This document shows positions 54,102 through 64,000 of a stretch of 64,000 nucleotides of DNA, one piece after another; the first letter of the stretch is position 1, and the number at the start of each line of letters is the position of its first letter. Both the position numbers and the translations under genes were made by a program. A model generated the notes under the pieces. It was not told where the DNA came from, ran no database searches, and was given only the letters and a program-made list of their open reading frames with translations. The stretch covers positions 416,001 to 480,000 of the forward strand of contig CAXXMV010000002.1 in NCBI GenBank assembly GCA_963662285.2, given 5' to 3'. This DNA comes from a bacterium. Lineage in GTDB: Bacteria; Hinthialibacterota; Hinthialibacteria; Hinthialibacterales; Hinthialibacteraceae.

Positions 54102-57100
54102 ATGATGAAACGATTTATTGCAGGTTTGATTTTTTGTTTTACTGTTGGAATTCAAGTTCAAAGCGCTGAGTTTCATGCGCCTCCTACGCCGCAGTATACC
54201 GGGCATGGCGACACCTTCTATGTATCAAAACTGGGGAACAATGAGGATGGCTCATCATGGGTTAAGGCATATCATACTATCCAGGCGGCGCTTGACGCTA
54301 TTCCCGATGATAAGGGCGGCCATCGCATCATCGTCCGGCCTGATATGTATATGGAGGCCATGCTTACTCCTGTCTTCAGCGGCGCGGCTGGCGCTTATAA
54401 CGAACTGATCGGTGATGTGGATGGGCGCTATGGCTCTGGAAAATCTGGCCGGGTGGTGATCGATTCAGGATGTATGAAGGGATTCAAGAGTTATGACTGG
54501 TGGGGGCCGATCCGGTCTAACCAGGAAGGTTGGTCGAAAGAACATACCAATCCTACCTTCTCCGCTATCATATGGGATCGTTGGATACTGAAGAATTTTT
54601 ATGTCACCGGTTCGGATGGCGGCCTGTTTTGGGATTGCACCAACCGGATTGAACCTTTCACCATTATTGTTGAGGATTGCGTGAGCATCGGACGGGCGTT
54701 CGGAGGCGGGGTGGCCAGTTGTCTTTCGCGTACTGACGAACCGATTGTGTTTCGCCGTTGTCAACTGTGGTCGCTGGACGAGTGGGGCGACACGGCCGGG
54801 GCTTATGTGCGGGTGGAGAATCCTGCTATGCCGGATCGTCCTGATATATATTTTGAAGATTGCGCCATGGTCAGCCCGCAGTGCTCGCTTAAAGGCGGCA
54901 ATTATGGTTTTCATACCTACATGCGCATAAAGGCTGAGCGTTGCCGACTGGTTACGCTCAATTTCTCTCAGCCCCAGGGCACGCCGACCGATGGAATTAT
55001 CCAAAGCGTCCAGAATGGCAAATACGTACATGTTGATCTGGAAGACTGCACCCTTATGGGATACAAAGTTTTCGGCGTGAAGGTGGATAAAGACAGCGCC
55101 AAGGATATTCAATATACCACCAAAGGCGCAGTGCAGGCCTATGTGCAATTCACCCAGGATGTCCCTAAAGGTTTCCATCGTTTGGCGCATTGGCCGGTAG
55201 AAATATTCGACTCTATTTTGCCTCAGCCTGCTCCAACTGCCGGGGCGCTTACCCAGGATGTGGAGTTGATCAGCAAAGACATGTGTGAACTGGCGCCATT
55301 TGTCTGGCAAGGTCGTTTATGTCACATGGATTGCGTACGTCCCGGCAGCGGCGGAGTTAAGTCGGATTATTACTTGCTGTTGACTGATGCTGAAACAGGA
55401 GAAGAACTGGCGCGTTTTGCAGAAGGTTATGGATTGGCATGTGCCTTGGTGCATGAGGGCGTCTTCTACGCCTTCGCTTCACGCTTCGAGAATAACAACT
55501 GGAATGACGTGACCATGTTTAAGTCCGTCGATTTGAAAAAATGGGAATCCAAAGTTGTTGTCCAACAGGAGAATGAGCATCTTTTTAACAGCTCGGTTTG
55601 CGTTGGTCCCAATGGCTTTGTAATGGCTTATGAATCCAACGACCGAACCTATCCGGCGTTTACTACTAAATTCGCGGTTGCCGAGGATATAGACAATTGG
55701 ACGAAAGTTCCTGATGCCATCTTCGGTACTGACCGCTATACAGCCTGTCCATGCATCCGTTACGCCAATGGCTACTACTATGTGTTGTATCTTGAAAACC
55801 GCTCTCCTAGGCATTATTTCGAGACATACATCACCCGATCCAAGGATCTGCACAGTTGGGAGCGTAGCGCGGCTAATCCAGTATTGTCGCCATACGCTAT
55901 CGATGACGGCATCAATGCTTCTGATCCCGATGTGGCTGAATTCGATGGAAAAACCTATGTGTACTATGCAGTGGGCGATCAGCTTACCTGGATGAATCTG
56001 AAGCGGGTGGTTTATCCCGGAACGCTAACTCAGTATTTGGAGTCCTGGTACGAGACTCCCGGCATCCCCGATTGCGGCGACCTCAAGGGGTATCAAAAAC
56101 GTAAAGCAACCGAAGCCGCCGCGGCCAAGCAGGCGCGTCTTGATGATGAACGTGAGAAGCGATGCGAGTGGTTTAAGCAAGCCAAATTCGGCATGTTCGT
56201 GCACTGGGGCGTTTATTCGGTTCATGGCGAAAATAAAAAAGGAGATTACGTCTCCTGGAGTATGAAGAACGAAGGCATCCCGGTAAGCGAATATGAGAAA
56301 TTCGCTGAGGCCTTTGCACCGACCAAATTCGATGCGGCTCAGTGGATGGATATCGCCAAATCAGCGGGTATGCGCTACACCATATTCACCTCAAAACATC
56401 ATGATGGTTTTTGTATGTTCGACAGCGCTTTGACCGATTATGACGCGCAAGAGCGTCCGGCGAAGCGTGATTTTGTGCGCGAATTGATCGGCGCCGCCCG
56501 CGATGCGGATATGAAGATCGGATTTTACTATTCAATGCTCGATTGGCATCAACCTGATTTCAAGACTGATCTGGCCAAGTATATCGACAAATATATGTTC
56601 GGGCAGGTTCGGGAACTTTGTACAAACTATGGCCCAATCGACTGCCTCTGGTTCGATGGTGAATGGGATCATCCGGCGCAGACCTGGCGCTCTGCCGAGT
56701 TGATTGAAATGATCCGCCAGTTGCAGCCATCCGCTTTGATAAATGACCGCATCGGGAAGAATGAGCGCGGCGCCACGTTATTGTGCGATTTTTACACGCG
56801 GGAACAGATGAGTGAAATCAAGAATCCCATGGAATTTGAAAAGCGTAAATCGATTCCCTGGGAAGCCTGTTTAACCATAGGCTCGTCGTGGGGTTATAAG
56901 CGTGATGATGGACCGCTGATGAGCAGCGCTGAATTGATCCGCGCGCTGGTTGATATAGTAAGCCGAGGCGGCAACCTGCTATTGAATGTTGGGCCTAATC
57001 CTGAGGGAGAGATTCCCCGGCGGCTGGTGGAAAGGTTGGAGGGTATCGGCGCATGGATGGCGGTGAATGGCGAGTCCATCTATGGCACGGAAAAGTCGCC

Positions 57101-57353
57101 TTTCAAAAATCTGCCAGCGGGTAAATGCACAGCCAAAGGCTCGATGCTTTATATTCATCTGGAGTCGCATCCGGGAGCGGCTTTGCAACTACCCGGTCTC
57201 CAGAATAAGATCAAGAGGGCATGGTTTCTGAAGACCAAAAAGGAACTTGAATTTGATGATTCCGCCAAGAGCATAATCCTGCCGGATGAATTATGCGACG
57301 ATGTGGTTTGTACGGTTGCGGTTGAATTGGATGGATCTGCCTCGGTTCAATAG
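54102..57353 (+). CDS. Secreted multidomain glycosidase: beta-helix-like domain, beta-propeller-like domain and GH29 alpha-L-fucosidase
   Basis: N-terminal FYVS..G....GSSW..AY.TIQAA; middle YTACP.I...NP.L...INASDPD; C-terminal AKFGMFVHWG, TSKHHDGF, LWFDG, INDR, GGNLLLNVGP. Confidence 0.85.
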   Translation: MMKRFIAGLIFCFTVGIQVQSAEFHAPPTPQYTGHGDTFYVSKLGNNEDGSSWVKAYHTIQAALDAIPDDKGGHRIIVRPDMYMEAMLTPVFSGAAGAYNELIGDVDGRYGSGKSGRVVIDSGCMKGFKSYDWWGPIRSNQEGWSKEHTNPTFSAIIWDRWILKNFYVTGSDGGLFWDCTNRIEPFTIIVEDCVSIGRAFGGGVASCLSRTDEPIVFRRCQLWSLDEWGDTAGAYVRVENPAMPDRPDIYFEDCAMVSPQCSLKGGNYGFHTYMRIKAERCRLVTLNFSQPQGTPTDGIIQSVQNGKYVHVDLEDCTLMGYKVFGVKVDKDSAKDIQYTTKGAVQAYVQFTQDVPKGFHRLAHWPVEIFDSILPQPAPTAGALTQDVELISKDMCELAPFVWQGRLCHMDCVRPGSGGVKSDYYLLLTDAETGEELARFAEGYGLACALVHEGVFYAFASRFENNNWNDVTMFKSVDLKKWESKVVVQQENEHLFNSSVCVGPNGFVMAYESNDRTYPAFTTKFAVAEDIDNWTKVPDAIFGTDRYTACPCIRYANGYYYVLYLENRSPRHYFETYITRSKDLHSWERSAANPVLSPYAIDDGINASDPDVAEFDGKTYVYYAVGDQLTWMNLKRVVYPGTLTQYLESWYETPGIPDCGDLKGYQKRKATEAAAAKQARLDDEREKRCEWFKQAKFGMFVHWGVYSVHGENKKGDYVSWSMKNEGIPVSEYEKFAEAFAPTKFDAAQWMDIAKSAGMRYTIFTSKHHDGFCMFDSALTDYDAQERPAKRDFVRELIGAARDADMKIGFYYSMLDWHQPDFKTDLAKYIDKYMFGQVRELCTNYGPIDCLWFDGEWDHPAQTWRSAELIEMIRQLQPSALINDRIGKNERGATLLCDFYTREQMSEIKNPMEFEKRKSIPWEACLTIGSSWGYKRDDGPLMSSAELIRALVDIVSRGGNLLLNVGPNPEGEIPRRLVERLEGIGAWMAVNGESIYGTEKSPFKNLPAGKCTAKGSMLYIHLESHPGAALQLPGLQNKIKRAWFLKTKKELEFDDSAKSIILPDELCDDVVCTVAVELDGSASVQ

Positions 57354-57382
57354 TGTTTTGCGACTGCATGACATGAATCTAT

Positions 57383-57416
57383 AAATCCCTTCACTCTTAT
57401 GGGTGAGGGGATTTTT
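57383..57416 (+). terminator. Intrinsic terminator
   Basis: AAATCCCTTCACTC-TTAT-GGGTGAGGGGATTTTT, with G-U pairs on the plus strand. Confidence 0.75.
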
Positions 57417-57817
57417 GGTATTTCAAAGAAGATGTAATCCTAAAAATCCTATAGATAGTCATTACCTGGAATATGTCCGTTTTTCAGATATATTTACTAA
57501 CTTTAGACTGTAGACTTTTTGCTGCTTCATTATCATACTGTTAGAAAAAATTATTTATTTCCAGAGAGTTGTGCATGTTCTTGCTTGCATTATAAAAAAG
57601 AATAAAGATGATATTTTTGAAGGATAAACAAGAGTTAAAGAAATGGATCAATGTCTCTAAAAGATTGATATTTGAATAAAACTAGCGTTTTCAATTCGCT
57701 TAAACTTTTGTTAACTGCTATAGTAATAGAAACGATATTGTTAAGCATTCTTTTTTTATTGAGTAAGATGAGTTCATGTACTAGGAATGCGGTTTGTTCT
57801 TCAGGAGGCTTTTAAGA

Positions 57818-59131
57818 ATGTCAACGAATAAAATGGATGCATATGCAGTGACTGAGAGGACGGAAGTATTGATTCTTGGAGGCGGAAAGGGATCGCGCCT
57901 CTATCCGCTGACTAAAGAGAGAGCCAAACCGGCTGTCCCCGTTGCCGGGAAATTTCGCTTGATTGATTTACCCGTCAGCAATTGTTTGCATTCCGGTTTG
58001 CCTCGAATATATATTTTAACCCAATTTAATTCCGATTCACTTCATCGGCACATCGCTCAAACCTACCGTTTTGATTCCTTTTCAAAAGGTTTTATTCAAG
58101 TTCTCGCTGCTCAACAGACGCCTGATAACAAAGATTGGTTTCAGGGAACAGCGGATGCCGTGCGTCATGCATTGCGCCGCTTTATAAACCGTAAACCCGA
58201 GCATGTCCTGATTCTCTCCGGGGATCATTTATATAAGATGGATTATAGGAAATTATTGGAAACTCACATAACCAATAATGCGGATTTAACCATCTCTGTG
58301 TTACCGATATCTCAAGATAAAGCGCCGGAATTTGGAATATTGAAGGTCAACGAAGAAGGCCAGATTTCTTCGTTCCAGGAGAAACCGAACACAAATGAAG
58401 AATTAGATCAACTTAAAGTTCCCTCCAAACTGTTTGAAGATAAACACATCAATGCTCGAGGAAGAGAGCATATCGCTTCTATGGGGATTTATGTATTTAA
58501 AATGGAAGCGCTTATCAAGGCATTGGAAGAAAATGAAAGTTCTGATTTTGGGAAAGATATTATACCGGCAATAATCGGAACTAAACGGGTTTTCGCCCAT
58601 TTCTTTGATGGATATTGGGAAGATATTGGAACAATACGGACTTTTTATGAAGCTAATCTGGCTTTGACTCGTCCAGTTCCCGATTTTAATTTCTATGATG
58701 AGCGCCACCAGGTTTTTACTCGACCCCGTTTCTTACCGGGCATAAAGGTAAATCAGGCAACCATTCGTTCTTCAATTATTGGAGACGGCGCTATCGTATC
58801 TGGAGCGGTGATAGAAGACAGCATCATCGGTTTACGCGGCGTGATTGCCGAAAATGCCCAATTATATAAAACAGTTATGATGGGCGCTGATTACTATGAT
58901 AGTGCTAACCATACTGTTGAAGATATTGATCCCTCTGCTCCAGCGCTGGGGATCGGAAAACGTTCTATTGTGAAAAACACCATTGTTGACAAGAATGCGA
59001 GAATTGGTTCGGATGTGAGAATTCTTAACGAGGCTGGCATCCAGGAAGCAGATGGAGATAGATACTTTATTCGAGATGGCATCGTGGTTATTCCTCGAAG
59101 CATGATTATACCTTCCGGCACGGTAATCTAG
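57818..59131 (+). CDS. glgC: Glucose-1-phosphate adenylyltransferase (ADP-glucose pyrophosphorylase)
   Basis: ILGGGKGSRLYPLTKERAKPAVP, LTQFNS, WFQGTADAV, LSGDHLY, ASMGIY, DFGKDIIP, YWEDIGT; AGGAGG RBS. Confidence 0.97.
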   Translation: MSTNKMDAYAVTERTEVLILGGGKGSRLYPLTKERAKPAVPVAGKFRLIDLPVSNCLHSGLPRIYILTQFNSDSLHRHIAQTYRFDSFSKGFIQVLAAQQTPDNKDWFQGTADAVRHALRRFINRKPEHVLILSGDHLYKMDYRKLLETHITNNADLTISVLPISQDKAPEFGILKVNEEGQISSFQEKPNTNEELDQLKVPSKLFEDKHINARGREHIASMGIYVFKMEALIKALEENESSDFGKDIIPAIIGTKRVFAHFFDGYWEDIGTIRTFYEANLALTRPVPDFNFYDERHQVFTRPRFLPGIKVNQATIRSSIIGDGAIVSGAVIEDSIIGLRGVIAENAQLYKTVMMGADYYDSANHTVEDIDPSAPALGIGKRSIVKNTIVDKNARIGSDVRILNEAGIQEADGDRYFIRDGIVVIPRSMIIPSGTVI

Positions 59132-59189
59132 ACATGTTCTATTAAACATCGATTTCATATCTGATTGGAAATTGAATTGAAACAAATAA

Positions 59190-59224
59190 AAAAGGTTATG
59201 CCAAGTAATTAAGCATAACCTTTT
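59190..59224. terminator. Bidirectional terminator
   Basis: AAAAGGTTATGC...GCATAACCTTTT between convergent genes. Confidence 0.75.
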
Positions 59225-59251
59225 ACTTTATGTTCAGATATTCGAAAATAT

Positions 59252-60148
59252 TTATAATCCAATCTCCTTTTTATTTACTTTTAATTGGCGAGCTGCTTTG
59301 GCCAAATCTTTGTTATAACGTTTATAATTGTTTTGGTGAATGATATCAGCAACTATATGTAAATTCTCCTTGGCTTCAGTTAAGTTATCGGTTTCCCGGC
59401 AGGCTTCAACTAAATCCAGAAATGTTACAGGCGAAAATGGATCGAAAACCAGAGATTGCTTGAAATAAGAGATAGATTTTTCCGCTTGATTTAGATTGTC
59501 CAAATAAGTTTTACCAACTGCATGATAAGTGCGCGCCATTTTCAATTTTTGTTCTTCGGTCAATTCCATTGTTTTAGAGAGCGCGATTGCTTCTAATAAA
59601 ATGTCGATGCCTTTTTCATATTCTTGCAGTTTCTTTGTATAGAGAGTCCCCAGGAAATGCATACCGGAAAGACTTTTGGGATTCTTCTTTAACACGTCAA
59701 GAAAAATTTCCTCCGCCTTTTTTACGCTTCCTCCCAACCAGCCGGGTATATCACGCAAAATGACGGCTTGTCCGATGCGCGCCCTTTCGCATGTGGGATC
59801 AAGTTCCATCGCTTTGTTATAAAGGTTTTTGACTTTGCGTCCATCCGGCAATAACGAGAGAGAGGAAGCGCCTTTTTTGGCGCGTTCCGCTAAACTGAAT
59901 GCTAGCGTTTGAGCTAACCAGCAGGTATATTCTGCATTTTGAGGTTCTTGCTCAATGCAATACCGGAAAACATTCTCCGCTTCACTCAAATCTTTGGAAA
60001 TGAAAAAATCTACGCCTTTTTTGAATGCATCTTGAGGCATTAGATTACTTAACTGATAATTATCGCTATAACTGAATTGTGCGGTGGAAAAAGAAAAAAT
60101 GATGCTTAAGCCGCACACAAAGCATAACACTGATCTGGCCGAATTCAT
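59252..60148 (-). CDS. Secreted TPR-repeat protein
   Basis: Signal-like N-terminus; KAMELDP, IPGWLGGS..KA, TPR helices. Confidence 0.75.
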   Translation of the reverse strand: MNSARSVLCFVCGLSIIFSFSTAQFSYSDNYQLSNLMPQDAFKKGVDFFISKDLSEAENVFRYCIEQEPQNAEYTCWLAQTLAFSLAERAKKGASSLSLLPDGRKVKNLYNKAMELDPTCERARIGQAVILRDIPGWLGGSVKKAEEIFLDVLKKNPKSLSGMHFLGTLYTKKLQEYEKGIDILLEAIALSKTMELTEEQKLKMARTYHAVGKTYLDNLNQAEKSISYFKQSLVFDPFSPVTFLDLVEACRETDNLTEAKENLHIVADIIHQNNYKRYNKDLAKAARQLKVNKKEIGL

Positions 60149-60319
60149 ATAGTGATTCCTTGATAAAATATTTGGAGGCAACACTAAGATTTTAACATAT
60201 CATAGCCCAAGCGGCAAGTTATTTATAAAATAATTAATCAGTATCCAGTGTCTAAGCAAAATTAATATGTTAATCTACTATTTATGATATTCTTTTTTTA
60301 GCGATAAGGATATTCGCTT

Positions 60320-61564
60320 ATGAAATTGTGTGATGTAGTTCAATTCTATAGTCCGCTAGGTGGGGGCGTACGCCGTTATCTTGATGATAAGATGCAATAT
60401 ATTGCTAATCACAATGATATCCAACATGACGTCATTGTTCCTTCTCATCAAAACGCTATTGATATCCTATATGATTCGAGATTGATAGAAATAAAATCAA
60501 TGCGATTAATTGGATCGTTAAGTTATCGTATGCTATTAAATCGGTCACGCATTTTATCGATTTTGGATCAAGAACAGCCCGATATTATAGAGGTAGGAGA
60601 CCCATACCGCTCCGCCTGGATATCTCTGGAAGGCGCCAGGCTCCATCAAATTCCAATAGCAGCATTTTATCACTCAGATTTTCCCCGGGCGCTGGGACGT
60701 ACGATTCAGCGCTTTTGTGGAACAAGCGTTGAACGCATACTTTCAAACTGCATCCAACGTTATATTGTTAATTTATACAACCAGATGAGCGTTACTATTG
60801 TAGCCAGCCAGCGCTTGCAGAAAATTCTCACGGAATGCGGTATAAAGCGGATTGTTTGCATTCCCTTGGGTACTGATATATCTGTTTTCCAGCCCGATCT
60901 GGAAAATCAATCAATACGAGAGGAACTTGGACTGAATGAAAATGATCGCTTATTGTTGTATATCGGTCGGTTAGCCCGCGAAAAAAATATCCACAGCCTG
61001 ATTGGAATGATGGATCAATTGTCTGATCATCCATGTAAGACCAACAGACAAACCAAGTTGCTGCTGGTGGGGGATGGAGAATTGCGCGGCATGGTTCAAA
61101 AAGCCGTGCAAGAGCGTAATGATATTGAATGGCATGGTTATTGTCAATCAAGTAAAAAACTGGCAGCGTATTACAATGCGGCGGATTTATTCGTTCATGC
61201 GGGAACCTATGAGACTTTCGGCATTACATCATTGGAAGCGCAAGCATGCGGCACGCGGGTGCTGGCGATACGCGGGGGAGGACTAGATGATACAGTACAG
61301 GGAGAAACGCCGCTGATTATGGCCGATTCCTCCTCACCAGCTGATTTAGCCTATTGCGTTAAGCAGATTGAGGATGTTGAATCCAATTCATTACAAGAGC
61401 AAAGACGGTTGCGGATAGTGCGCCATTTCTCTATCCAGACCACATTTAATCGAATATTTGCTTTATACCGGCATATACTTGCGGGATATCCGGTTGAAGA
61501 ATACGCCTATCCAGAGGAAGAAACCTGTGCAAAAGATCATCATCCGGCCATACTCTCCTACTGA
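60320..61564 (+). CDS. GT4 glycosyltransferase (MgtA/PimB-like)
   Basis: GGGVRRY, YHSDFP, YIGRLAREKN, VGDG, ETFG...LEAQACG. Confidence 0.9.
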   Translation: MKLCDVVQFYSPLGGGVRRYLDDKMQYIANHNDIQHDVIVPSHQNAIDILYDSRLIEIKSMRLIGSLSYRMLLNRSRILSILDQEQPDIIEVGDPYRSAWISLEGARLHQIPIAAFYHSDFPRALGRTIQRFCGTSVERILSNCIQRYIVNLYNQMSVTIVASQRLQKILTECGIKRIVCIPLGTDISVFQPDLENQSIREELGLNENDRLLLYIGRLAREKNIHSLIGMMDQLSDHPCKTNRQTKLLLVGDGELRGMVQKAVQERNDIEWHGYCQSSKKLAAYYNAADLFVHAGTYETFGITSLEAQACGTRVLAIRGGGLDDTVQGETPLIMADSSSPADLAYCVKQIEDVESNSLQEQRRLRIVRHFSIQTTFNRIFALYRHILAGYPVEEYAYPEEETCAKDHHPAILSY

Positions 61565-62171
61565 TCGCGATTCTATCCGGTTTATTTGTTGTGAAACCGG
61601 TTTTTCGGGCGAACCTGTCGATCCCCTGTTTTGCGACCGCCATGCTTTCGCCGATTTTTTCACCAAATATTACACGGATTGGGAACCGGAGAGTTCATTC
61701 GTTGGCGAAGTAGATGGTAAAGTAGTGGGATATTTGAATGGCTGTCTCCGTTACCGGTATCATGGATTCGCAGAGAAATGCATTATCGCTTCATTGGTTC
61801 CTAAGGTTTGCTGGAGAATAGTCAGTGGAGATTATAACCAGCAAAGCCGTTCTTTTTTACGGTGGTGCATTCTACATGGAAATAAAGAGACTCCTGCGTT
61901 TCCAAAGCAATCAGCTCATTTCCATTTCAATATTCTCCCGGAATACCGTAATTCCGGGATCGGTTTACGGTTGTTTAACCGATTTGTTGAACATCTGAAT
62001 GAGCATAAAACCAAGCGGGTGTACGCCCAACTCCAAACCAGTGATAATAAACGCACATTACGCTTGTTTAATAGGTTTGGCTTCGTTGTTACAGAACGCC
62101 GTGAAATTAGCAAATTCAGGGCTTTTCATGATGAGAAAATATATGTCACGACTATTGTGCGTGAGTTCTGA
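61527..62171 (+). CDS. GNAT N-acetyltransferase
   Basis: IRPY...D, VVGYL, AHFHFNILPEYRNSGIG.RL; GTG start 61527 with GAGG RBS. Confidence 0.8.
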   Translation: MQKIIIRPYSPTDRDSIRFICCETGFSGEPVDPLFCDRHAFADFFTKYYTDWEPESSFVGEVDGKVVGYLNGCLRYRYHGFAEKCIIASLVPKVCWRIVSGDYNQQSRSFLRWCILHGNKETPAFPKQSAHFHFNILPEYRNSGIGLRLFNRFVEHLNEHKTKRVYAQLQTSDNKRTLRLFNRFGFVVTERREISKFRAFHDEKIYVTTIVREF

Positions 62172-62189
62172 TTTTTAACGCCAGAAAAC

Positions 62190-62957
62190 TTGAGCGCTTA
62201 TATGCAAGTTGATCAAAATTCTAAATATCTGATAGTCTCGTTTCATGATCTAGCGCGTCACTCACAACAGGTTTGCGATAACGTATTGAGTGATCTGCGC
62301 GGCATTGGCGTTGAGCGGGCGTCACTTTTAGCCACTCCACAATGGCATGGCGATGAATGTATTGATGTATCTTCTGGTTGTCTCGATTGGATGATAGACC
62401 GGGAAAATGAAGGCTATGAAATATCCCTGCATGGATACACCCATAGAACTGAAATAGTCCACGGGGGAATAATCGCGCAAGCCATGGGGCGCATTTACAC
62501 CGCCAACGAAGGTGAATTTTATCAAATTGAATATGAGGAGGCCGCAAAACGCATCAATGAGGGATTGCGCATTCTTAGATCAAAAGGTCTGAACATTGAA
62601 GGCTTCACACCTCCTGCATGGCTGCTGTCACAAGAAGGAAGACGGGCGTTGGTCGACGCCGGTCTGATTTACTCCACTGAATTACAGCATATAGATTTGC
62701 TCCATCTTAATAAACGGATTTTCGCTCCCACTCTGGTATTCAGCAGCCGCAGCGTCTGGCGGCGCTTGGCCTCAATCCGCTGGGCGCCTTTTTGGGCGTG
62801 GCTCAACCGGAACCGTCCAATCATGAGACTGGCGATTCATCCCATTGATTGGCAATATCCCATAATCCGGGGAACCATTATGCGCCTTGCGAAGAAACTA
62901 ATTGATACCCGAACGCCGATAACTTATCAGGAACTTGCCCGACGATATTCTTTATAG
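62190..62957 (+). CDS. Polysaccharide deacetylase-like protein (DUF2334/CE4-type)
   Basis: VSFHD, LHGYTH, GEF, GFTPPAW, RLAIHP.D. Confidence 0.85.
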   Translation: MSAYMQVDQNSKYLIVSFHDLARHSQQVCDNVLSDLRGIGVERASLLATPQWHGDECIDVSSGCLDWMIDRENEGYEISLHGYTHRTEIVHGGIIAQAMGRIYTANEGEFYQIEYEEAAKRINEGLRILRSKGLNIEGFTPPAWLLSQEGRRALVDAGLIYSTELQHIDLLHLNKRIFAPTLVFSSRSVWRRLASIRWAPFWAWLNRNRPIMRLAIHPIDWQYPIIRGTIMRLAKKLIDTRTPITYQELARRYSL

Positions 62958-63011
62958 AGCCGATACCGTAAATTAAACGCCGATCATTTATCAAACAACC
63001 TAGTGATTACT

Positions 63012-64000
63012 ATGAAACAACCTGCAAAATGGACGCCAAATACCCTATTGAAATTCGCCTTAAAAGGGGCTGCTCTGGGAGTGGTCGCTGCGATTGGCGT
63101 TATGATCTTCTATTCCGCGCCAGATACTTATGAACATCTTAATCGTTTAAGTTGGAACATGCGATTCATGCTTTTAGGGATGATAGTGTTTGCATGGTTA
63201 TGCAATGGCTGCCGGGTCTTTATCTTATCACGGTCGTTGGGATACCGGCTCAGATATTTACAAAGCCTGTCTGTTTCTCTCTCATCAGAATTTGGCATTG
63301 CGGCTACTCCGGCGGGAATGGGAGGAGCGGCGATTCGTCTTGGATTGCTGAAACGGGCAGGAATTCCTCTGGCATATGGAACTACCATGTTGGCTATGGA
63401 TGTTGCCTTAGACAGCCTATTCTTCTTGATGTTGACTCCATTTGCGGTCGTTTCTATATATCGAAACGATAAGATTCGATCCATAATCGCAGGCGTCCAG
63501 GCTTTCGATGTAATTATTGCATTATCTTTAGCGGCGGCGTCACTTGTCATTATAATATTCTTGTTTCGTACTCAATGGATGAAACAAAATTTACATCGCC
63601 TGATGCTGACTCCTGCTTTGCGGAGATACCGCTTGCATGGACGCCTCCGCTGGTATCGCTGGAAAGTTGCGGAAGGTATTCATAAAATGACCGGAGGATT
63701 TGTTCATCTACTGCATTTGAAATGGGGAGCGGTAGTATTGACCTTTATTTTCGCCTCAATGCAATGGACCTGCCGATATAGCATCTTGCCTCTGCTGCTT
63801 TATGGTCTCTCGGTTCCTTGCGATCCAGTGTTGTTATTTTTGCTGCAAGGCTTTCTGTTCACCGGTTCGTTATTGATCGTACTGCCTGGCGGGGGTGGAG
63901 GAGTGGAAATATCTGCTGCGATTATTCTTCGCCAGATTATTCCTCCATACCTGGTTGGCGTTATCATTCTGTTATGGAGATTTTTCACTTACCATTTATA
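63012..64000 (+). CDS. Lysylphosphatidylglycerol-synthase TM-domain (MprF-like) flippase; runs off the window end
   Basis: Read by hand from ATG 63012 (MKQPAKW...); hydrophobic; TPAGMGG, PGGGGGVE, WRFFTYH motifs; no stop before 64000. Confidence 0.8.
   Translation, partial: MKQPAKWTPNTLLKFALKGAALGVVAAIGVMIFYSAPDTYEHLNRLSWNMRFMLLGMIVFAWLCNGCRVFILSRSLGYRLRYLQSLSVSLSSEFGIAATPAGMGGAAIRLGLLKRAGIPLAYGTTMLAMDVALDSLFFLMLTPFAVVSIYRNDKIRSIIAGVQAFDVIIALSLAAASLVIIIFLFRTQWMKQNLHRLMLTPALRRYRLHGRLRWYRWKVAEGIHKMTGGFVHLLHLKWGAVVLTFIFASMQWTCRYSILPLLLYGLSVPCDPVLLFLLQGFLFTGSLLIVLPGGGGGVEISAAIILRQIIPPYLVGVIILLWRFFTYHL

Noticed and set aside
53279-55310. Long antisense ORFs (213 aa and 281 aa)
   Set aside because: They lie opposite well-supported genes and show no recognisable motifs; shadow ORFs.

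Overview
Bacterial chromosomal window with about 48 densely packed genes. I found no rRNA, tRNA, CRISPR array or intact mobile element. Housekeeping genes are rnd, an ArfB-like rescue factor, yqgF/ruvX, rnc, hemD, hpf-pta-ackA and glgC. They are interleaved with secreted carbohydrate-active proteins (GH2, GH116-like, DUF1080, a three-domain GH29 fusion, tandem CBM9-like), a TctCBA transporter, several GT-C-type membrane glycosyltransferases, a three-gene radical SAM operon and a GT4-GNAT-deacetylase-flippase lipid-modification operon. The gene content suggests a diderm, PVC-like or candidate-phylum bacterium (inference only). Two observations stand out. (1) Four unrelated signal-peptide proteins end in the same 9-residue motif [TV]-x-[VI]-x-[DEN]-W-x-x-[YFH]-COOH, a candidate uncharacterised C-terminal sorting or anchoring signal. 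(2) In an ECF sigma/anti-sigma locus the FecR domain is split across two genes, and its last strands are carried by a separately secreted 991-aa repeat protein. Also found: a consensus sigma54 promoter on an orphan gene with a C-rich repeated 3' UTR, a 34-aa Cys4/poly-Lys small ORF missing from the ORF track, an AckA with an HTH-like tail, and a GH116-like protein apparently lacking its catalytic residues. All family calls come from motif recognition by eye; no searches were run.
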